Shown here piece after piece: positions 53,594-64,000 of a stretch of 64,000 nucleotides of DNA (the stretch's first letter is position 1; each line of letters opens with the position of its first letter). This stretch comes from Yuukianura sp. NJ FZ-2021 (Eukaryota). Location of the stretch: assembly GCA_046563655.1 (NCBI GenBank), contig CM102286.1, positions 5,518,001-5,582,000 on the forward strand, written 5' to 3'. A program made the position numbers and the translations under genes. The notes beneath the pieces are model-generated. The model was given only the letters and a program-made list of their open reading frames with translations, ran no database searches and was not told where the DNA came from.

Positions 53594-55653
53594 CTACTGT
53601 GCTTTATACAGCAAACACCGAAGTTTAGCCGTTTCATTCTTCAGGGCACAAACTTCGAAACGAAGTTTCAAATTTTCCTGTTCTAGAAATGCTGCCCGAA
53701 TGGCAATTTCGTCTTCCTTGGCTCGCCGAGCATCACGAGATCGCTTAGCAGCTTCGTTATTTTTGCGTCGTCTCTCCCAGTACGCCTCATCTTTCAACTG
53801 CAATTTAAAAAAACGGCAATGCAGAAAGAATTTTCGAAAATAGACTTCCAAAAACAAAGGCTTTGGTTTAAATTTTTTAAAGCCTTTGTTCAATTGTTCT
53901 ACCTGTTCGTCTGACTTTCCTCGACCACCCTTTGTTGTTTGAGACTGAATTCCCACACTGAAGCCATCATCCGAAGTGGACAGGCAGTCCTCTCCGCCTG
54001 ACCCACTTCCCACCACCTCTGACCCCACCATGCCACTACTCAGCCCAAAGTCCATTGGATTGGTTGAAGAAGTGGTTGAATCCGAAAGTGGTTCCTGCTG
54101 GAAACTTTTCGGGTGACTCATTCGCTTTGTCCTGGAATTGTTGCTTTGATTCAACATTTGTTTTCGAAATTCAGCATAGGCTTGGTTTGACTGTTGATGA
54201 ATGAGAGCCTCAGTGGCGCCAGGGGTTGGTCCCACCACGGGTAGTCCGTAGAGTCCCACCGTTGGAAATGTAAGTGGGTCCTTAGGATAAGCCTACAGTG
54301 AAAAAACAGGAAAAATAAGTCAAAAAGGAAAACAAGTTAAAAATAATAGCTTAACGAATTCATAAAGTGCAATGAATATGTGAAGGTTATGCATTGCGAA
54401 GATCAATTGACGACAAAATGGAAATGATGGAAAGAGCACGTCGATGCAAGTTCTGAGAATCATTTGGCATAAATAGTAAATAAGAATTTGTTTGACCGTC
54501 AGTGGCTTCGAATGTCACAATAAACTGGATCCTTCTTTTAGGATAAACATCTTTTTTCTCATTCTTTTTGTTGCACAAATTGAATTTGAGCGCCGAAATT
54601 TCAATTTGAACGTCAATAACAAACTTCAAACACGAAAATAAAATTGCATAAGGTTACCTTGAACGGGCGCGTCATTCGTGGTTTTCCTGCGTTGCCACAA
54701 TTGGGAACCAAATGTCCGGGAGACTTAGCCTGTGACATCGGGGGTGGGATGCTACCAAAATTTGGGCTTCCAGTACTAACGGAAATCCCACCGTGGGAAA
54801 AAATCGTTCCGTTTGGAGATTCAAATGGTCTGGGCGCCACGGCTCCAGCAGCATGTTGGGCCATTCCTTGACTCAGGATTGCGTACGGCGACAGTCCAAG
54901 AGACTGAGCCATGCTGGTTGGAAACGAAAACGGATGAGATCCAGTTCCTGGAAGATGTTTAGACGAAGTTAAGTAGGAATGCATGTCCATTCCAGTCGGA
55001 GATGACGATGAGCTTCTATTGTCAGAAGCGGAAGGTCTGGCATCTCTTCCAGCATCCCATTCCAAACTGTGTGAAACGTCCTTGGATAAGTTCAGAACTG
55101 TTCCGCCTTCGACATTATCCGAAAATACTGGAGACAATGGAGTCTTCATTCTTAGAATATTTCTAAGTCGACTGCACGGTGAGTCCGGTTCGTCGCTGGA
55201 ATTGTCCTGGCCACCGTGACGCTTCTTTGGAACTTTTCTGTTTCCTTCTGACTTTTCAAACTTGAGTTTCTTTCTTGAGAAATCAAGGGGTGAGTTTCTG
55301 TCTCTCGAGGGATGAATTTCTTCTTCCAGTGACAAGGGAAGATCAGACTGATCTGAATGATGAGCAGACGAAGATTCAAAGTGAACAATCGACTCCGGAT
55401 CTTCTTTTAACTTGGATCTGTCCAGTCCCAAACAACCAGTTCCAGAAACATTGGGTGAAGATGGAGCAGAAGAGCTGGATGCTGGAGAAGGCGTTGAGTA
55501 GGGTGATGATGAGGAGTTTGGCTTTTTAAGTTCCTGTTGAATTTGGATCTGTCCCATCATGTTAAACTTCACTTGGGGCAACATGTCAAACATTAAATCA
55601 TTCTTAGTCTTTCCATCATCTTGAAAGAGTCTTGCATTACTCATGAGATTCAT
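53594..55653 (-). CDS. gt: Giant, PAR-related bZIP gap-gene transcription factor; exons 55653-54658, 54292-53903, 53797-53594
   Basis: RPFK/AYPKDPL motif across intron 1; b[44 protein letters not shown]; CtBP-type PLDFS and VLNLS motifs. Start ATG is the first Met in the long ORF. Confidence 0.9.
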
Positions 55654-58600
55654 TTCAATTCTTCCTTGGTGAATGATGCCCAGACCACAGAAGTTTACAG
55701 GTTCCAGAAAACAAATTACTTTTGCAAATTTGTCTTTTGTCACACAAATATCACGTGTCCGAGAGTCCAAAGTTGAACCAGAAAAAACTGAATCCAATTA
55801 CAGTGTATTGACCCTATATTGATCAAATTCAGAAAAAGAACAACGATGAAGGACACTTACTACGTGTATGCTTCTAGCTTTACTAAAAGTTTTGTAATAA
55901 TCGAAAAAATATGGACTTGTTGTGTTTTGAACTCTAAAACAGTTCTGTCTCGTCCATTCTTTACTTTGTTAGTCCTTCTCTAAATATTCGCGTTAGGTCT
56001 CCTGCCTGACTAGATTTTGGATGCTCTTTTAGATGAACTTTTCTAACCAAATTGTTTACCAAAACTGAAACTTTGAGCAACCCTGTCGTTTCAAATAGAA
56101 ATGAACAACAGTGGACTGTTGGAGAAGAGGGTGAAGGAGAAAGTGACGCTTGGGTGAAAGTTCTTGCCTTGTAAACACCCTCTCCAAATTCAAACACAAA
56201 AGCAACTCCACCTCCCCTTCCAAACCACAATTTCTGGATTGGACGCACATTTGGTAATGGGAGGCTACACAACATTTTAGTATTGTGCTTGGTTCACCAG
56301 TTCTTCTGTAATATTATTTTCAAAATTCAAGTAATTTTGAAAAAGTAAAGTTTTTTTTTTTTCAAATATGGTTAACCTAACTTTTAGTTTGGGGAACCAA
56401 ATGAGAAACAAGCGTGGGAAAACTTAATTAATGCTGGTTACTGGCTATTTCTTTCGGAGAATTTGTTTTTGCCGCAAAAGGACACAACATTTTGGAAAGT
56501 TGACGAAGATGAATGACTCAAAAATTGGAATTGGACGGAATTACTTCAAAAGCTAAACTTTAACCCGTTCAAACAGAAGTGTCAAGTTAGGAATTTGTGT
56601 TCCAACGTTACACTAAACTTTAGCATTTAAAAGAATTGGAGATCAAAACAAAGGGTAAGAACGCCGGAGCTAGAAATTAGTTCCCTAATGTGGCGAAGCC
56701 TAATCTCCTCAAGATGACTTGGCATAATCTTAGGTTTTTAGCGGTAGAGTTGAAATTGACACTTACGAGTTCGTTTGGTATATCAGCTGAATGCCGGGTA
56801 ATGGTAGATGCAGATGACCTAGCCACAAAGTGATGCAGACCTTATGTGACCTTTGGAAACGTAAGATTGGTACCAAGAAGCTTGACAGAGAACACGTATA
56901 TGTGATGTTATGGATGCTTGGATGGTGGTTGTCCAAGTGACTACTGCGAACTGAGTGTCATGTACTTCCTTGTTTTGTTTCTTGAACAGGCGACTTTTCC
57001 CTGCTGGACCTCAAAGGTTTTTGCTTTTTGGGTACAAGAGGTGGGTTTACCGGGACTTGAAATGTACTATTTTAGGTAACTTAAGCCATTGTTGCTTTTC
57101 AAATGGTTCTAAATACACAGAAGAACGATTAGAGCAGAGAGTATTGCTAAGTTTCCGTACAAACGTATATTAACTTATTACACCAGGTTGCACTAGACAT
57201 AAACAACTAACTACAACAAAACTCTTCAAAACCGAACAAAGTTACTTTACTAAACTTTACTAACCTTACGAACTTTACTAAAAGTTAAATTTACCATGGG
57301 CTGTTACATAACCTTTGCAGTATAAAACTTGTTTACTAATACATAAATCCCTATATAGTACAGGTTTTTGAATAGAAAGAGTTAGGCAATGATAATAATT
57401 TATGATAAAGCGATTCCGTAATATGCGGCAATACTAAAAGCTACGGTAAATGAATGAACCGTAAAATCTAAAATACTTTTCCATTCATTATCGTTATACT
57501 ATAGAATTTTAGGGATTTAAAACGTACCGGATTAAACGGGTTTTAGCGTTTTCTATCATGATACAATCTTAACCTTCGCTTTCACCCCATTTAATAAATC
57601 TCTAACTAGACAATAAACGACTTGACACCTACTATCACTACTACTACTACATATGTGAAATCGTTTAAAAACATAATTTAAATTTTCGGAAATTTAGAAA
57701 AACGAAATTAGTAAAAAACATAAAACATAATACACTAAATTGTTATATCATACGTCCCAATTTCACATAGGGTTTTAGGTAATTTTGAAAACCTAAGCTT
57801 TAAATATAGTTTACAGTCGAAGAACGCCTCTGGTATGTATTTTGTTGTGAGATTTCTTTTTATGTTCTGTTAATAAAGTTCTTTGAATAGATTTTTATAA
57901 GCTGAAATTTTCGAGACTCCCGAAGCAAGCTGAAAGTTCCAAAAATTTCGAAAAGAAAGTTCCTGAGGGAGGAACCGAAGAAAACCATTACCACAAACGA
58001 ATTTAGTCTAACGAAACTTTCCAATTTTGAATAGCATTTCAGTTGTGCATAAAATATACTGTTATTTAGTGCCGTGTTCCGTTAACTTCATTTTATGAGT
58101 TGATTGAACTCATAAGTTAGGTAATTAAGCTTCTGTGTTTCGACTTCTCCAAGGGGTCAAGTTTCTCGAGCCTTTATTATGAGTTAAGGGACGGGGGACA
58201 CTTAAGAAATTGAAAAGGCTGGCAAAGAAATGACGGTTGTGGTCATTACTGCAGGTATTTGCTTGGGGCTCTGTTCAAAACCCAGGATTAGTGACCCCTT
58301 CAGTCACTTTTCAGTATTTCAATGGTCAAGACTCAAAGAAACGCCGAAAAGAAAAGCTATTTAGAATGGGCTTCTAAATGCAACATCCTACCGTTGCATT
58401 TCCAACGTTGCATATGAAAACAACACATGAGCGCGACATGACGTATGGCCCATCATTCAAATTTTGGGTAAAAGTCTATTTTTGGCCACAAATTATGGCC
58501 AACTTCGGAGCAACTGTCATTTTCATTATTCAAGGGGTAGAATAATACCTAAAGATGGGTTTGAACACTAACCAAAGGGGGAATCAGCTCCCTTTTGTGA

Positions 58601-59624
58601 CAATTTTCTAAGGGCAGAGGACTTACAGGAGACTGACTATCCAGGAAGTCGCAAACGTTGTGCTGCGCAGTATATGCAGAGTGTACAAGGGCCTCTTCAA
58701 TTGTTTCCCAAAATAGACTTGGGTTCCAAAGGGTTAATTTCTATTGTAAGTCCCCCCTGTACCCTACCAAGTCCTCTACTGGTCATCGTTCATCAATCCA
58801 TCCGTGAATAATCCTTATGTGTGCGCTTTTGACTGTTTGCCTCACACGCTGCTCCTACTTCACCACAAAATATAACAATTCTTGGCATTCAAATTCAAAA
58901 AATAGTCTTCACTACTGAACCATTGTCTCCAGGCAAGGCTTTCTGAACAAACTGGCAGAAATTAGGTATTCAGACGACTTTTCTTAGGGAAATGTCCACT
59001 TCCCTCTGCTCATGCTCATTGTACACAATTCCGGAAGGCTGTCCAAGTCCATTATGAAGAAATCCAGAATGAAAGATCTTGGAAGATCTATAGTTAGACA
59101 CATTGCGCACAAGGAAGGGCTATTTGCTCTTTGCGGTTGTCGTCCTGATTGAGGCATCTGGAAGGGGCTTGTCAGGGATTTCTATTGTTTGGAGTAGGCT
59201 ACACCAGGAAATCATCTGCAATCTGTATATGAAGATGGTCAATGGCCACGCTTTGTCAACCTGCCAATGTCAAATATGTTTCATTGAGAAAAATAAATTT
59301 GTAAGGAACGCGTCTTCAGAGAATAGCCAACTTATGATAACATCTTAGCCTGAGTTTAGTACTGCGGTGGTACCGTACTACCACCTGGAAGTATAAGGAA
59401 ATCCAGAAATTAGCCACATCTCCTTGTCACTCTTGTTGTTGAATAGGAGCTACAAAATGTATTCATTCCCGTATGACTAAGAATAGAATACATAACAACA
59501 AAAGTGCAAACTTTGGAAGATCAAATGTTTTTAAACAAGAATTTTTCGAATCCGTTACAAATTTAACAGACTTGCAGAAGTATTGGTTAAGATCGTGTTT
59601 ATCATCAGTTCTTGTCCAAAGTTC

Positions 59625-60817
59625 TTACTGTTTCTGCTTAATGACATGTGGCAAATCGTAAACACCTCGGACGCACTTCAATTTGACTCCTGGAACATCT
59701 TGCAACCGACCAACTCGTACCAAAACAATATTGTGTTCCTAGAGTTCAAACAAAACAAGTTGATAACAACCTTGGAGCGTGCCATGAACCCTTAAGCCTT
59801 TACAATATGTGCTTGAATTTACCTGTAAGTTGTGCCCGATGCCCGGAATATATGCAATAGCCTCTTTTCCATTCGTGAGGCGAACTAGGACGCACTTCCG
59901 GTTGGCAGAATTAGGTTTTTTCGGTTTCTTAACTAACGTCTTGAGTATTACACCTTTCATAAACGGGTTTCCATCCAGAGGTTGTCTAACTGGCCTCTTC
60001 TTGATATGGGGACCAGTATAATGCATTTGTCGTAAACTTGCCATAGTCCTATGCTGAGTAAAATATAATTCTGGTACTCCTGCCATTGATGAAACCTGCT
60101 TTATGTGCGAAAAATAATAGAGGTTGATAAAACAACAAAATTTGAGGAGCTATTTCCAAAAATCTAACAGAAATAGTACAAACCTCGAGAATTTTGTTTC
60201 TCAAGCCAGCACCGCTGATCGTGCTCAATGGCCCGAATGATTCAGCATTTCGTTTCTGAATTCTTACGCGTGACGAATTGCTACCTATGGAAGTACACCA
60301 AACCAAAATGTAGTGTGCTTTATCATGTACAACTTGTTTGTCAAAAAGAAAAAAAAAATTACAAACAGAATCTCAGAAATTATCCAAATTCCTGTGACTG
60401 TTATCCATTAATATGTTAGTCAATTTACCTTCATTTAAGTTAAATGAACTGGTACTTCGCTTTTGCATAAAGCAATTGGAAGTAATATGTGGCATAGTGG
60501 GCGTACGTCGATCGTATCCGCTTCTTTTCTCTGCGAGTCTTGCTGAGAACAGATTAATCTGTGAGAATTTGATTCCTGGATAGGTAGAAAATCGATGGAA
60601 TTGCGAAGATGGTTGCTTATTGAAGCAACTTACATCTCGGAGTGCTCCGGAATTACCTATAGAATTCATTGTAAAAATAAAAACACAAGTAGGTTATGGT
60701 TAGTGTATTCAAGAAGACAGTACATTGTGAAATAGTTTTAAACACCAACTTACTTTTGCCGAACAACGAAATCGATGACACAAGATTCTTCAACCCTCTC
60801 GTAAGTATAGCAGACAT
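59625..60817 (-). CDS. mRpS12: Mitochondrial ribosomal protein S12 (tko); exons 60817-60754, alternative middle exon(s), 60095-59823, 59738-59625
   Basis: [85 protein letters not shown]; presequence-like exon 1 [19 protein letters not shown]. Confidence 0.95.
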
Positions 60818-63800
60818 TATGGGTTTATATTTTAAGTTGAAATATATCGTTATCGAAGTCCAATCGTTAAATATAATCGTCTTTGTCACAAATTAGTCTT
60901 GATTCCCGAGTTTTAGAGTAACTACCTAACATGTATAAACAAGCTTAACTCTTTACTTCAATAGATTTAAGATTTGCAAAAAATTAGTGAAAGTAAAAAC
61001 ACATGTTGTGGGAAAACAAAAACAAAGGGAGCCACTATTACACAGAAACAGCATACACAGCAGCGGGACCGGGATGAACTGCGACAAATTCCCCGTCACA
61101 TGTTCTATCATAGTATGTTGCACTGCAACATTGTTGCAGCATATCACAATCACAGCCGACTTTGAGAAAATGCGAATATCTTGATGCGTTTTGTCCAAAT
61201 TTTCAAGAGGTCAAAGGTCAAAAACAAAAACAGGGCGCACTAGAGAATGACCGGCTTCGGCTTCCCTCCCGCCCCGCATCGCCGCATCCCGCTCGAATTC
61301 CTTGCGAAATGACATTTGAAAATTAAGAGTTTGGCGCCGTCTATATTCAATGCTAGAAGTATGAATGTCGAAACTTTAAGTTTTGTTTTGTAGAAGATAG
61401 ATGGGGCACGCGTAATTTCATCAGATAAAAGACCAGAGTGTGAAACAGGATGAAGACGAAGAATTTCGGTTGAAGAAGATTGTTTAAGAGGGATGAAGAT
61501 GCTGAGGGAGGGGGTGGGTTTCGTGATTTCGGAGGTTTCTGCTGGATTCCATTGGGATGAACAATGGGTTCCTACAGATGTTTTTGTCCGCTCGCTCATC
61601 TCTTCCGCTCATTCTGTGGATCCGCACTCCACATTGTATCTTCAAACTACCTATACCAACCAAAAACACTGTTAAAGGGAACCAATAACACTGTTTTCTC
61701 TTACGGCAAAGTACAGCACCTCTGGGAATTGTCTCCTTATCTGTAGCAAGTCACTTTCCACTTGACAGACAGCATCCAGACAGTCCGAATTCCAAATTCG
61801 CCTGGAACGTAAACATTACACACGAATTTTAGTTCTCCAGAGTTAGTCGTGGTTTGTGCCTTGAGGAACACCAGTTTCTCATCCCCCTTTTTTTGTCCAT
61901 GGAAAGTGTCAGGTAGGTACAGAATGTTTTGAATTTAGTAAGTTGTTTACCGCGAACATTTAAATTGTTCGTTTTCATTGTCTGAGCTTTTGATCTAGCA
62001 AAAGTATGAATTTACAATGTAACAGCTTACTATGGCTTACTTACTCTTTTTTACTACCTTTTGTTATGGGAAGGGGTGAGTAAATAGAAAAGGAAAGCGA
62101 AAACATAACTTGTCAACTCTCAATTTTCAGATTTTATTGACTGCATTGAAGACCCGGTCCGGCCAGGTTGCATGAAGCCCAACACTGCTAACCGAATTTA
62201 TTGAGATCAGCCAGGAGCGTTTCAATTGTAAGGTAAGCTGTGATTTTTTTTAGTCTGAAACCTACTTTGTAATTGTAACGAAATTGGACTTTAGTAGACC
62301 GGTGAATTTGAGTTAGCAAATGGCTTATAGGCGAATGTGATGTAATGACTGACGAATACAGTGGCGCAGAGTTCACCGGTCGGGCACGGTAGACGTGTGT
62401 ACCGGGTCTGGCTACTGCGGGTGAGAGGCCCAGGTCAGGTTTTGCACTTGATTCGATGCTTTCCTTCATAAAACTCGTAAACATTTGATATCGTACGATT
62501 ATAAAGTTAGTATTTGTTTTTTAAATACGTTTTTCAAAGAGTTCATTGAATCTCTTGTCTGCTGACGTAAATCCAAATGTCGTCAATTGATTAGAAGTAG
62601 AGCATGTTTTGTTTGCGTTTGATATGAAGTTCAGTTTCCGTTTTCTCATGCAACTTTTTTGCAACACTGAATGCAATGAAATGCTGTCATGTGCTTCTCC
62701 AAAATTGTTTGGCCATACTATATCTGCCTTCATTTAAACTGCGCTGTTTGTTTGCATCTTGCGTCCAAACTCAAAGCCGAGATTACGAAAACGAAATCCC
62801 CTAGGGTGGCCGGTGCCTTTCACGTATGCACCAGTCGTACTACCAATATTTGCTGTTTGTGCTGTAAAACCGGGTATTATCCGGGAGGCTTTTGGTAAAC
62901 CCTGTTAGAGATGCACTGTACGAAGCCCACCCTGGAATGAATCTCCTTTTGTTCCAAGGTGGTAGATGAAATTAGAGTACCTCCCAGAAGGGAAGACGTA
63001 AATGATGATGATCACTTATTAATAATCTCCCTCTTCCTCTGAACTTAGTTTTTCAAGTATCAAGTGTGTATAAAAAAGAAATTATAAGATTATACGAAAT
63101 TATTGTACCACCGGCATCGCCAGATTCGGATTCATTGCCCATTAAAGTTGTTATTAATCTTCTGTTTTAAATCCGGTCCCTAATAAATCCTGATTGGTTT
63201 CCAGTCTTTGATTTCATCTGTTCCAGCATAACTTTGCAAAAAAAAAATTCATGTTGATATTTTTTCCGAAATCTAAGCACCACAATGTTTCGAATGTTTG
63301 GAATATGTGAAATTTATTTCAAAGTTTGCACACTTTTACCTGAAAATTCATTTTCAAATGAAACGTCACGAAAAATTAAAAACTCATAAAGTTGGACATT
63401 TTGAGTTAAGATTCATCACAGGATTTATGAATTTTTGGGCTTAGAAGTAACAATAGGAGTTCATCAAGAAGACACGCCAAAAAATTCACGAAAATGAATT
63501 CTTAAATATTATTTACCACGTTTTTTTTAAGAAAAAAATTTTTTTTCCACTTTTTATTCTTTGGTTTGCGTAAATCCTGGAGAAGAATGTCTTGTTTCTG
63601 TGAAGATTCCATCGCTTGATTGCTATCCAAAAAAAATCTAACAATTCGTGTCCATTTTGGTCATTCTTTTTATTCTCACGTTTTGCGTTTGTCTCCGCTG
63701 TTTATTCGGATATAAGAGGACACACATGAAGATGAAGTCAGAGACAGGTGAATTCCTAAGCTTAAAAAAACGTTTTGAATCGAAGGAATTCTATTCTTCT

Positions 63801-64000
63801 GTGTTCCCTAATTTCCATTGTTACCACCCCATGTTAAGTGGAATTACTCACAAGTCTCCCTTGGAAAATATGGGCGTGGGCGTTACTCGTTTCATTTTCC
63901 ACGAAAACGCACACGGTCTCTAAACATTCCATTTTTTTTGCCAAGTCCAAACTTTTGAAATTTTTACAAAAGATTTTAAAGATGTTGAACAATATTTGCC

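Noticed and set aside
55654..55797. N-terminal extension of Giant from the ORF-track start at 55797
   Set aside because: It relies on a TTG start; the first ATG is at 55653. An upstream exon cannot be excluded.

Overview
Eukaryotic, AT-rich, short-intron arthropod genomic DNA. The gene content is compatible with a basal hexapod such as a springtail, but that is inference only. The left ~34 kb is gene-poor: one intact 3-exon gustatory-receptor-like gene, a probable pseudogenised paralogue, faint LTR and hAT debris, and a foldback/MULE-like MITE with an 8-bp TSD. At 34.6-40.4 kb lies a mosaic block: a near-perfect 570-bp tandem array (~4.6 copies, with a 55-codon ORF and hairpins in each full unit), a frameshifted 3' fragment of WDR3/Utp12, a ~220-bp repeat and a 5' fragment of lambda-crystallin (CRYL1). 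The right part is gene-dense: a Ly6/three-finger GPI-anchored protein, a GT92 glycosyltransferase, a secreted protein with a deleted Tc1/mariner element in intron 1, an intronless bacterial-type vWA gene (HGT candidate), a DINE-1/Helentron-type element, the gap gene giant, and mitochondrial RpS12 (tko) with apparent alternative N-terminal exons. All homology calls come from motif recognition by eye; no searches were run.
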